Source of the DNA: Azolla caroliniana
Lineage: Eukaryota > Plantae > Polypodiophyta
DNA: 64,000 bases
Reading direction: 5' to 3'
NCBI GenBank assembly: GCA_043228905.1
Contig: JBHGNT010000003.1
Location: 9,858,001-9,922,000, forward strand
Of the stretch, positions 1 through 11,649 are shown piece after piece (within the stretch, counting starts at the first letter, position 1; every line of letters begins with the position of its first letter). The notes under the pieces were generated by a model, which saw only the letters and a program-made list of their open reading frames with translations, did not search any database and was not told the origin of the DNA. A program made the position numbers and the translations under genes.

Positions 1-1870
1 CTCCACATTGCCAGGGTCATCTCAACATTATCAGGACTTCAAGTGGCAAGATAGCTTACTCTTCTACAAGAATCTCCTTTACGTCCCCGACGGATCACCC
101 CGACTTCAAGTGTTGGAACATTGTCATGATGCCCCCATGGCTGGACATTTTGGTATTTCCAAGACCATTGAGCTGGTGAAACGTTCGTTTTGGTGGCCTC
201 ACTTGCAAAAATTTGTCGAAGATTATGTTCGCACTTGTGACACCTGCTGTCGCGCCAAAATACCTCGGCATCACCCTTATGGCTTACTACAACCATTACC
301 CCCTCCCAACAAGCCATGGCAGTCTATTTCTATGGATTTCATTATGGATCTGCCACCTTCCAAAGGCTTTGATACTATTTTAACAGTAGTGGATCGGTTC
401 ACCAAGATGGCACATTTTGTACCATGTGTAAAGACCATCAATAGTGAAGAAACTGCAGATCTCATTATGCGTGAAGTGTTTCGCCATCATGGTCTCCCGA
501 ATTATATTATTAGCGATCGAGGTCCTCAATTTATTTCACACTTTTGGAAGCACCTATGGGCAGGCCTCAAAATCTCTTGCAAACTCTCTTCGGCTTATCA
601 TCCACAAACTGACGGACAAACAGAGTGCACAAATCAAACGCTGGAGCAATATCTTCGATGTTTCATTAGTTATCAACAAGATGATTGGAGTAATATTTTA
701 CATCTTGCCGAGTTTGCATACAACAACACGGTCCACTCTTCTACCAAAGTTACACCTTTCTTTGCCTACACCGGCAACCACCCTCGATGGTGTATATTGG
801 ATCTTCCCGAGGTGTCACGAAACCCTAGTGCGGCGCATCACCTCCACCGACTACAACAAATCCAGTTCGAGTTATCGTCACATCTTCAGAAAGCGCAAGC
901 ACACCATAAGACCAATGCCGATCGACATCGTCTTAAGTCTCCGTTTAAGGTTGGTGACCGTGTATGGTTGCTTCGTCGTCACATCAAGATTACCCAACCT
1001 TGTGCTAAGCTTGACTATCAACGCTTAGGTCCTTTTGTCATCACGGCGCAGATTAATGATGCAACATTTCATCTTAACCTTCCTACACATATGCGGCTTC
1101 ACCCTGTCTTTCATAGCTCTCTTTTGGAACCTTGCCGCACCTCTTTAATTCCTAATCGTGTCGTGCCACCACCGCCTTCTGTACAACTTGTGGACGACCC
1201 CGAATACGAGGTAGCTGTTATTCTTGATTCTAAGATTGTGCGCAATAAGCTTTATTATCTAGTTGATTGGCTTGGCTATCCTCCGAGTGATTGCACTTGG
1301 GAACCCATCGATAACGTTTGTAATGCTGAAGCTATGATCAACGACTTCCATCGTCACTATCCAAACAAGCCCGGCCCAACAATGTTAACGCCGACTTCCA
1401 CTCGACGTTCTCAAAGGAGGGATAGTGTCATGAACACATGACCATTATGGCGTCACCTGGACTTGAACCTCGAACCTTGTAATCCATACTTGAAAACCTC
1501 AACCAGTAAGATAGCTTGTTGTTATATGAAACAATAAAAGTTACTTCTTGTATTACATTGATTATTGTAAAAACTCTAGATTATTCTAGAATGTTCTAGA
1601 ATGTCCTAGAGCATTCTAGGTCTAGAACATTCTAGAAGATTCTAGAAATCTCTAAGCTATTCTATAGGAACCTATAAATAAGGGCATACATGTATTCTCA
1701 AATCAATTTGAATCAACACCAGTCTTTAGCTCTCATTACATATCTTGTATCCATTCTCTTTCTTTCTCTATCTTATACATCCATTCTTCTCTTAGTATTT
1801 GGTTCCTTTCTTCTCGTGTTCTCTAATATCCTTCTTCCCATCACTCTATCTTTTATCCTTGGTTCTGACA
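1..1870 (+). mobile_element. Ty3/gypsy chromovirus, 3' part (integrase + chromodomain, PPT, 3' LTR 1426-1870), nested in a copia element
   Basis: ORF 8-1441 has integrase HHCC (HCHDAPMAGHFG..CDTC), core (SMDFI, SDRGPQF, PQTDGQTE), GPY/F (RLGPF) and chromodomain (YEVAVILD..YLVDWLGY..TWEP). PPT aaaggagggatag precedes TG at 1426, and the LTR ends ..ctgaCA at 1870, where copia RT sequence resumes. Confidence 0.92.
8..1441 (+). CDS. Gypsy pol C-terminus: integrase-chromodomain (open reading frame enters from outside the window)
   Basis: Motifs as above, 477 aa uninterrupted. Confidence 0.9.
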   Translation: MPGSSQHYQDFKWQDSLLFYKNLLYVPDGSPRLQVLEHCHDAPMAGHFGISKTIELVKRSFWWPHLQKFVEDYVRTCDTCCRAKIPRHHPYGLLQPLPPPNKPWQSISMDFIMDLPPSKGFDTILTVVDRFTKMAHFVPCVKTINSEETADLIMREVFRHHGLPNYIISDRGPQFISHFWKHLWAGLKISCKLSSAYHPQTDGQTECTNQTLEQYLRCFISYQQDDWSNILHLAEFAYNNTVHSSTKVTPFFAYTGNHPRWCILDLPEVSRNPSAAHHLHRLQQIQFELSSHLQKAQAHHKTNADRHRLKSPFKVGDRVWLLRRHIKITQPCAKLDYQRLGPFVITAQINDATFHLNLPTHMRLHPVFHSSLLEPCRTSLIPNRVVPPPPSVQLVDDPEYEVAVILDSKIVRNKLYYLVDWLGYPPSDCTWEPIDNVCNAEAMINDFHRHYPNKPGPTMLTPTSTRRSQRRDSVMNT

Positions 1871-4800
1871 CCTAGGCTCTGATTCCTTTGTACATGAATT
1901 CCAAGAAAATGCTCCAATGGCCCAAGATGCTTGACCTGAAAATGATGTTGTAGCTCCTTGATCACCTCTAGTATCTCTTTTTCATAAGTTCCTGCTATGG
2001 GCAAGTCATTCACATAAACTCCTAATATGATGAATTTTGATTTTGTCTTCCGTACATATAGGTTTGGTTCAAAGTAAAGACGTGTGAAGTTGGAATTGAG
2101 CAAGAACTTATGTAGCTTGGCATACCATTGTCTTGGAGATTGTTTTAATCCATATAATGGCTTGTGTAGCTTGCATACATAGTCAAGATAGTTTTCATTT
2201 TTCATCATTTTGGGTTGTTCCATGTAGATAGTTTCTTCTAAATCTCCATGAAGAAATGTTGTTTCGATATCTACATGATACACTTCCAAATTGAGGTATG
2301 TTGATATTGCAAGCAAAAGACGAAGGGATGTGATTCACAATGTAGGTTAGAAAGTTTCATGATAGTCGATGCCGAGAATTTGTAAAAAACCTCGAGCTAC
2401 CAATCGAGCTTTGAATCGGATTGGAGTCCCATGAGCATCACACTTCTTGGTAAAAAGCCATTTGCAACTGACAATGTTGGAGTTAGGTGGTCGAGGGACA
2501 AGAGTCCATGTCTTGTTTTTAGTTAGAGCAGCAATCTCCGTCTACATAGCCTCTATCCAAGATTCCTTTTCTATGCTCTAAAGCACTTGCTTAAGATTAA
2601 TGATCGGTGCAAGATCCCCTCCTTCATCTTTCATGTTTGTTGTAAAAGTTGATATGTCGAATTCGACTTTAGCAATGAAGTGCTTTGAGAGGTCTTCTAT
2701 GGTGTTATAGATGTCGCTTAACAGTTTTACCTTTTTCTTGCCCCCTTTTTTATTGTTTTCTAAAACCTCATCTTTGTTACAACGTTTGTCATCTGAATCT
2801 TCGTCTTCTGAACTAATTATATCATGTTTGCCTCCTTTCTTTTTATCTTGTTTGGTTGATTGAACTCGTTCCCTGTTATTTGCAGGTTCTTTGCATCTCC
2901 TAAAAACCCCATCGGTCATGATGGTGTAGGGAACTTCATTGCAACTTGCATGTGGTGCTCGAGTTGTGCTATCCCCTTCCTTTCCTCATCATCCAAGCTC
3001 ATTGAGGTAGGGATCTCCTTCTCAGACTTGGTTGCAGCTTCAAGTAAAGGGTTTCCATTATGAATTTGTTTATCGTATGTCTTGGTTTGATTGTTGATGC
3101 CCATGCCCACATCACATTTTGCTTGGTTTTCTTGACGAGTTCTATTGTGTGTCTTGATGGTATATTGGGGTTCTTCATCAAATTTTCTACGAAATTTCTT
3201 TTCCTCCTCAAGGTCTCCCATTGAGTCAACTTCGTCGCCCATGCTTGCATCGGTGTGTGGTTGTTTTAAAGTTTTCCTTTGTAATTCGCATCCACTAGTG
3301 TCTATTTCTTTTTCCCTTGTGGCTGCCATGTGTTGAAAGATGTCACACGAGGTGCCCTCCGAGGATGAGGTCTCTGATCTTCCAATCTGACCACAAATCA
3401 CAAATTCTTCATCAAATTTGACAGATCGACTAAACACAATTTTACCTGACTGGGGGAGGTAAATCATGTAGGCTTTTACTTCGTAGGGGTCTCCATATCC
3501 AATAAACCTCCCTTTGGTGCAATGATTCTCTAGCTTTGACCTATTCTTTGATTGTATGTAGGTATATGCTATTGCGCCAAAGACTTTGAGATGTGAAACA
3601 TCAGGAGATTGGTCATACCATAGTGTGAATGGTATAGCTCCTTGTAGAGGGCGGTGAGGAGTCCTATTTTGCAGATAGCACGTTATTGCCACTGCATCTT
3701 CCCAAAATCGCTAGTGCATTTTGCTAGTTGCTAGCATGCGTCTAGCTGCATTAAGAAGTGTTCGGTTTTTCCTTTCAGCAACACCATTTTGTTGAGGGGT
3801 GCATGGTACTGATTTTTTATGAAGGATTCCATGTTGTTGGCAAAACTTTTCCCACTCTTCTGAAGTAAATTTCCCTCCATTGTCACTCCGGATGACTTTG
3901 ATTGTATGATTCGTTTGGTTTTCTGCAAGGCTTTTAATGCTGAAAATGCTTGTGCCTTATGCTTCAAGAAACTGACTACTGTGAATCTTGTAGTGTTGTC
4001 TATGAATGTAATGAAATATTTTGCACTAGACATAGATGGAATAGAAAATGGACCACATAGATCAGAATGTACTAATTATAGTGGCTTAGTAGTGTTTGTG
4101 CTACTTGGTGAGAATTATTTATGTGACATCTTTCCGTAGAGACAACCTTCACATACCTTGATGGTTTCGAAACTTACAGTTGGCAGGCCTCTTACAGATT
4201 TTTGTTTTTGACATTCTCGTAGTGCTTGAATATGTATGTGTCCAAACCTGCAATGCCACAGGTATGTGGAAGAAACATTATCTTGATTATGGTTTTGACA
4301 TCCTCTGTTGACAATGCCTCTATTTGTTTTGTTGCAACAGGATATAGATGGCCTTGTTTGGGACATACTATTACTTTGCCCTTGTCGAGACACTCTTTCT
4401 GTGTGTCCATCCTTTTTACAATACCTACATGTCACCTTGAAGTTGCCACTTTGTTGAGTTCCATATGGATAACTTCTTTGCCCATCATTCTTGTGACTTG
4501 ATTTATTTGACTCAAGGGCTTTCCCTTTCCAAGCTTTATGTCTTTGTCGATTTGCTAGTTTATATTGTTGATATCTATTGGCTGAAGTAGCCATGGCCAT
4601 TGGTTGATTTGCCACTTTCTTTTGTCGCCAAATGTCTTCATGACGAATCTTTGTAAGTAACTCTGGAAGTGATTTAATGTTGTTGTTCATGGTAGTGAAT
4701 GTTCCCCATGATTCATGAAGTTTGTTTAGTATTAAACCTATCTTTATATATTCTAGGATGAGGTTGCCAGTGGTAATAGCATCGTCCATGGCTTCCTCCC

Positions 4801-5584
4801 AGTTAGCTAGGAAGGTAGAAACATCTTCCTCTTCCTGCAACACACACATAATGAATAATGCACCTAATGTGTGTAGCTTAGTTGTACCATCACGTGGCTC
4901 GTACAGCTCTTTCAGTTTTGCCCACATTGCAGCAGTCGTGGTGAGTCTTCAGATAATGTCTGCTTGCTTGTCATCTACATGTAGTCGAATTTCCAAGCAT
5001 GCCATTTTATCTCGAGCCTTCCATGTTTTCCATTCTTCTGATGTTTTATCTATTGGTTCTTCCCAAGTGCCATCTACATCCTCAAGGAGCCCTTCAATAT
5101 CTAGTACCAATTCTATCTTCGACTTCCAATTTTTGAAGTTTTTCTCCGTTAGCTTATCTAAGACATATTTCCTACTTGATGTAGTGATACTAACAATGGA
5201 CAACTTTGAGTGTGCAAGGATTATGACTAGTGGTTTAGAGATATATGGCTCAAGAGGATAACGCTTACGTTTTTTATCAAAACTCTGTTCTGATACCATG
5301 TAAGGATTATAACTTCGAAGGACAGAGATAAGGACAGAGATGAAAAAGGTAAGAGATTACAAACTAGATATTGGAATTAACATATATTCTTTTATGAACT
5401 CACACTCAAATAAGTGGTATTGTTGTGATTTAAATACATCTAAAATGTGACTGTAGCAGTTGTACAATCACTCCTATTTTTAGATAATGCTACCTAACTA
5501 ATTAGTTTTTATTAAAATTAGAGTTATTTTCAACTGATACAACCAAATGATATGGGCTTATGAAAGCTTGATACCGTTGTAACA
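1871..5584 (-). mobile_element. Degenerate Ty1/copia retrotransposon (5' LTR 5584-5299, PBS, gag, integrase, RT); RT interrupted by the gypsy at 1-1870
   Basis: tRNA-iMet PBS tggtatcagaac on the - strand at 5298-5287, next to a TG..CA LTR. Fragments: gag (NFKNWKSKIELVL, CRYCKKDGH), GAG-pre-integrase (LWHCRFGH), integrase (YFITFIDN, HLKVFGAIAY), RT (VDIETTFLHGDL, LYGLKQSPRQW, YVND). Many frameshifts and stops. Confidence 0.9.
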
Positions 5585-5589
5585 TTTTC

Positions 5590-6850
5590 ATCTATCCAAC
5601 TTTACTTCAAAATATCTTTATGATCAACATCATTTGTTGATACCACGACAAGACTCTTATTCCTAACAAAAGTCCAATTGAACCTGTATTATCCATCAAA
5701 TAAAAATCGGAGGTGGCCCTACAACATTGATATTCCCAATAATGTCTCCCAAATATAGTTATAATTTCGTGGAACACCAAACCTTGACCTTAGTGTCTTG
5801 AATGTTATTAATTTATTTTGTGTATTCAACATGAAATCTCGTATTGTGATTAAACCCCTATTAAATTGTTTACATATTGTGATTGACCCTCTATTGTGCA
5901 AAGAAGATATTTCGGGTGGAGGGTTCCATGGTATAAATTTTAGCTTCTCCTCCGCATTATAAACAAGTGATTAACAACGAAAGACCTTCCAAATTTTCTT
6001 ATGCATTTCAGAATTGATTACATTTTTTTTTCCTAAAAATATCCTTTCATTAGTTATAAAGAGTTGTTACAAGAATATTGACCTACCGTCAAGCTTCCCT
6101 TGGTATGTTGCGCTCTTCCATGAGTCCCCATCCCTAAAGGATAGATAGTATCAACACTCCACCACTCAATAACCTAGTTACGTAATTGGTGGTGGGAACA
6201 ACCATACTGGTGGTACTAAGCACCACATGGGTTTTGCATAATGTAGTGGTGAGAAAAGGGCCCTTCTTCCAATAGGCGATAAATTCCACCAATTTGCTTT
6301 TACTTCTGTAATTCCAAACTTGATCCCTTCTCAATAAATAAATAAAAAGCCACCTATTTGATGCAAAATTGAATACCCTCAAACATAAATCATAGTAATG
6401 AAGACTTCGAGCCACCATATGCTTTTACAAATTCAAATAGTATTGCTCCTCCCAAGTCATTTAGCACTACAAATATGATCCCATACCAACCACGAAAATG
6501 CTAACTTTGCCTTTTTCTATTCCAAAAGATGACCATGCCTTTTGAGGAGTCTCTTTTGAAACAAGACAATAATAATGAGCATGATTGATTGCACTGTCGT
6601 CAGTCATACATGAAAAGGTTGTGATCGTGACTTCCAGTGCATAGCGGTAAACTTTGTCCTCAATGAAAGGTTTATCTCTCCCATTCATCACGGTAACAAC
6701 AATCTTTCAGCTTAGATGCATTTTTATCTCTAACATAAACTAATGCGCAAATGGGATGTTCCCCCATATACAATTGGATAATAACACGTGACCAATAGCA
6801 ACTCGGGGCTCATGGATGCATCCAACTTTAATCACAATATTTTTTGGTTG
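5590..6850 (-). pseudogene. Highly decayed LINE (non-LTR) RT fragment
   Basis: Broken ORF pieces resembling plant L1 ORF2 (..DDSAI, RGLITIRDF..FKTLRSRFG); no intact frame. Confidence 0.5.
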
Positions 6851-7249
6851 CAAAAACACACTTTGCCGTTAAAAAAAAAAAAACTTTTGTCATCAACCAA
6901 CAAGAGACCAATCCACATAGTATTATTGTGCTTTTTAATGATTTGACCAACAAACCAAGCACATGGTATGCTACTCTATAATCAAATAAGAAATAAAAAA
7001 CCAAACCAAATCAAGTTCCATGCTTAAGTTTTCTAAGGCTGAATGAATGGGTGGATAATATGTAACTGTGAGCAAGCAATTCCCCCCATGCCACACATTT
7101 CAGTCAATTTTGATTAGAGACCAGCATTTTACATTCACTGATTAGAGAGAGAGAGAGAGAGAGAGACCACACATTTCAGTCATGCATGGATCCATGACCA
7201 CATCAAAATCTCAGTCAATCCAAAGTCAAGTCAATCTTCTTGACTTGGT

Positions 7250-7351
7250 ATATACATACATACATACATACATACATACATACATACAGACATATACATA
7301 TACACATACATATACACATACATATACACATACATATACACATACACATAC

Positions 7352-7391
<40 letters not shown>

Positions 7392-7394
7392 TGT

Positions 7395-7432
<38 letters not shown>

Positions 7433-7438
7433 CATACA

Positions 7439-7470
<32 letters not shown>

Positions 7471-7530
7471 CATACATACATACATACATACATACATAGC
7501 ATACATAGCATACATAGCATACATACATAT
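7250..7530. repeat. Compound (TACA)n/(TACATA)n/(CATAG) microsatellite upstream of the UGT
   Basis: Directly visible; followed by (GA)n at about 7573-7605. Confidence 0.97.
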
Positions 7531-7568
7531 CCTCAGTCAAGTGAAGGAGCTGCACCTGCTTCTTCTGC

Positions 7569-7608
<40 letters not shown>

Positions 7609-7618
7609 CTTGTTGGCT

Positions 7619-8099
7619 ATGGCGTCTTCTCCTCCTCCTCATGTAGTCGTGCTTCCTTTCGCCCAGCAAGGCCACATCAATCCCCTCCTCCAGCTCGCCA
7701 AGAAGCTTGCCGCCCATGGCTTGAAAATAACCTTCGTCCTCTCCGAGAACACCATCCCTGAGAACCCTAACCCTAACCCTAACCCCAGCCCTAACCTCAC
7801 CTACGCCGGCGTTCCAGATCTCCTTCCTCCTGAGAGGTCCCGCGGATCTGTGTTCAGGGACTCTGTGGATTCCATGACGAACATGGAATCAGGGTTCCGA
7901 GATTTCATCCATGGTCTTCATCATCCCGATCATCCTGTCACTGCAATTATAACGGATGTGTTCATGCTATGGTGCCACGGAATAGCTTCCGAGCTCTCCA
8001 TACCTTGCTTGGCATTCTTTACGTCTAATGCTACAGCTGGCTCTGTTTTCTATTATGTTCCTTCTCTCATCGACATGGGTGTCTTGCCCTTCCCACGGG
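7619..8099 (+). CDS. UDP-glycosyltransferase (GT1 family), exon 1
   Basis: MASSPPPHVVVLPFAQQGHINPLLQLAKKL (catalytic His) and AIITDVF (Asp); phase-1 donor G|gtagga at 8100. Confidence 0.93.
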
Positions 8100-8661
8100 G
8101 TAGGAAAACACATCTTCATCCTCATCTTTTGCACTCTTTTTCAAATTCCTGTTCAAATCTATTCTTCTTTCTTGATGATGCGGTGGAACATATAACTTCT
8201 CTTCGTTCCATTCTTTTGATCACAATGTAACTGACTATCTTGATAAATTCTATGGCTTTCTTCATCTGATTCTTCCCTGCAAGATAAGCAAATAGTTCCT
8301 TGTTTTATTTTATGCCTTTCTTCTTCCACATGATCTTTTACAGTGACATCTGAAACTCTCTCCATTTGTTTCTCTGCAAAATCTTCCACTGCTTTCCTTT
8401 AACATGGTATTTCCATGGTTTCATGGCATTATTTTCTGCAAAGTATTTCTCATGATTCGTTTCACTCTGATGGTCTGGTAATGCTATTTGCTATTATTTG
8501 TAATGCACGAGTTCTCCATGCTTCCTTGATTCTATGAGTCTTCTGCAAGATTTCCTGTGGTTTCCTGATGTAACTCTCTGAAATCAAGAAGTCTTTTGCT
8601 TTCATGGAAATGGATTCTGCAAAGTTTCTCGATGCTTTTCAGTGTCATCATCAATTTTGTA

Positions 8662-9062
8662 TTTCAGATGGATCTTACTGGTAACAAAAATCTAACAAAT
8701 TCGAGGGGTATTTCAGGTGATTTCAGAGGGATCTTACTGGTAACAAAAATCTAACAATTTCGAGGGGTATTTCGGTTGATTTCAGAGGGATCTTACTAAT
8801 AACAAATCTAACCATTTCCAGGGGTATTTCGGGTGATTTCAGAGGGATCTTAATGGTAGCAAAAATCTAACAATTTCGAGGGGTATTCCGGGTGATTTGC
8901 AAAAGCCAATTCTGCTGACATTTATGTATACATACATATACAGAATTAGCAGGATTATTCATATGCAAATCATTATTTATGTTCAAAAGCCAATTTTGCT
9001 GCCATTTATGTATACATATACAGTATTAGCAGGATTATTCATTTGCAAATCATGATTTATGC
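8662..9062. repeat. Intronic tandem repeats: ~59-bp unit x4 (8662-8897) and ~83-bp unit x2 (8900-9062)
   Basis: Repeated tttcagagggatcttactggtaacaaaaatctaacaatttcgaggggtattt, and caaaagccaatt..ttagcaggattattcat..gcaaatcat. Confidence 0.88.
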
Positions 9063-9106
9063 TTTTTTGCTTTTTACCTTTCTAAATTTGTGTATGTACA
9101 ATGTAG

Positions 9107-10032
9107 ATGACAAGGGTAACCTGATATCCAGAGAGGAAGTGAGAGATATACCTGGTGTGTTAGATCTCCTCCCAGAGGATTTCCCACTATGTGTAACATT
9201 CGATGAAACACACTTTAGGTTCCGATTCATTACATCCATGTCATGCCTGATCCGGGATGCTCCCGCCATCATCATTAACACAGTCGAGGAGCTCGAGAAA
9301 GATGCAGTGGTAGCCCTGAACGACAGGAAGAAGGTCTTCACAGTCGGGCCCCTTTTGCTTATGTCCGAGCCGCCCATATTGCGACTAGATGTAAATTATT
9401 GGACCGAAGAAGACCATTGTCTACAATGGTTAGAAAATCATGGTTTGTCTAGAGTACTTTACATCTCATTTGGTAGTGTTGCATCGCTGTCATTGGAGCA
9501 TTTCCGAGAGTTTGCGATCGGACTCGAGGCGAGCAATCAGCCTTTTTTGTGGGTCGTGAGACGGGATTCGATCGATGCACCATTGGAAGAAGCTCTTCCC
9601 GATGGATTCTTGACCCGAACAAAAGATCGAGGCCTCATCATTTCATGGGGCCCTCAACTTATGATCCTCTCGCACCCTGCCATCGGTGCCTTTCTCACCC
9701 ATTGCGGTTGGAACTCGATCATAGAAAATGTGGCCACTGGGCTTGTTCCGATGATATGCTGGCCTCATGTGGCAGAGCAACGTCTCAACCGCCGTCTCAT
9801 CACCAATTCTTGGAAGATCGGCCTTGGCTTCAAACATAATGAGGATGGAAGCGTTAGTCGAGAGGAAATCACCCGAGTCGTGAAGGAGGTGATGGAAGGT
9901 GAACGTAGTCACGAGCTCCGATCCATGACTAAAACACTTCGAGACTCGGTTCGCAGGTCCGTAAGTAAGGGTGGCTCATCATATGCTAGTTTCGAGGACC
10001 TCTTGGATTACATTCTTCATCTCAATGAATAG
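9107..10032 (+). CDS. UDP-glycosyltransferase (GT1 family), exon 2; spliced product about 468 aa
   Basis: Acceptor tgtag|AT at 9106 is in frame with exon 1. Contains VLYISFGS and the PSPG box WGPQLMILSHPAIGAFLTHCGWNS..WPHVAEQ; stop TAG at 10030-10032. Confidence 0.94.
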
Positions 10033-11649
10033 GAAGGATTGACAAGTTTGCTCCCAGAGTTCCTTTCCATTGAAGTATATCAATATTTTACACTTGGGGA
10101 TATGCTAATGAACAATGTTTTATATATATTCAATTCATTTAACTACTGAATGTTATATTCAATTCATGTATATGTGTTTTTGGAAAACTTCCATGAAGAG
10201 AATTTGCAATATGTCTTGAGCAAAGCTTGAAATGTTTGATGCGGAGCTCCAGATTACTTGAGATCTGGTGGGTGCTATCTCCCCATATGGTCCCTTTCCA
10301 AAACCAATGATGCCTCAATCCTTGAACCCTAAATTGAAAGAGGAACATCAAACACTTAACATCAGAAAAGAACCATTAAGGACGTAGCATTCTTAGAAAC
10401 ATCAGAGTTTTATTAGTATATGTTCTCATAATAAAATATCCCTAACATGGATTCAATTATCACTGAATATTCTAGCAAGCAAAAGAACCTTATATAAGCG
10501 CACCAAAACCTCTTTGCAAAAGGTAAGTCTAGTTGTGTGGAAAAGAAACAAGATAAATTTTCAGTCAATTGGTATTGCTACATATACATGGATTGGTTGA
10601 TCCCATATATGTGAAATACAAATGTACATTCAAATTAGGAACCCATTTGTTTCAATTAAACAATATTGCCTATGAAGACTTGGGATAGATTGGTGTTTGA
10701 AGGGTACCACAAAATTGTTAATGGTAAGTCCTAACCTGTTGTATCATCATTCGGTGGCATCACTTTCATGTGTCTCATCTAAAGCACAAAATGAGTGAAA
10801 TTTAAGTGAGCTATATGCAAAGTTGTGGAAAATGGTGCAATGTAGTCTGGCATTCTCAATCACCATTTTGATCCAAGATCTTCAAATTGGAGAGTGAGAA
10901 TGGCTATGTGCATAACTATAATTGAACATAATATAGGTTATAGATTGACCCATGCGTGAAATTCGTAATATTCGTAAAATTCAAGAATACAAAATGACCC
11001 CAAGAATATTACAGAACCATTCGTTTATTTATTTATTATTTTTAAAAAATATATATATATTATATACAAAAATATTATTAGTCAAAGGTCTCCTTTTTAA
11101 TGTCAAGAGAGTAAAAAGTGGGGAATTAATGAACCTTTTATTTATGTTTTAAAAATAAAACAAATACTTTAAAGTTTCTCATCTGTTATAAGAATATTAT
11201 TACTGTGAGGTCCCCTTTTTAATGTGAGATAAAAATATAAAATTTTGTGAGAACCTTTTATTTATTCTATTTATTTTACATATATTTTATTTATTTTTTG
11301 TTTTATTAAAAATTAAAACATATACATCTAAGTTTGGTAAAATATTATTAGTGTGAGTTCCCTTTTTAATGTGAAATAAAAATATGAAATTTATGGAACC
11401 TTTTATTTAGTTAATTTATTTACATTTATTTATTTATTTTTCGTTTTATTAAAAAATAAAACAAATACATTTAAGTTTTATATATATTATAAAATATTAT
11501 TAGTACGAGGTTCCGTTTTAATAACAGATAAAAATATCAATTTTGGTGGGAGTGTAAAGTGGGAAATTAATGAACCTTTTATTTATTATTTATTATGTTT
11601 TTATATTTATTAAAAATCAAACAAATACTTTTAACTTTTAAGTTTTCCA

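Noticed and set aside
1573-1665. TTCTAGA palindromic cluster
   Set aside because: Lies in the U3 of the chromovirus LTR, where short repeated motifs are ordinary.
7182-7761. ORFs of YIHT/MYVC/HI repeats
   Set aside because: Translation artefacts of the microsatellite.
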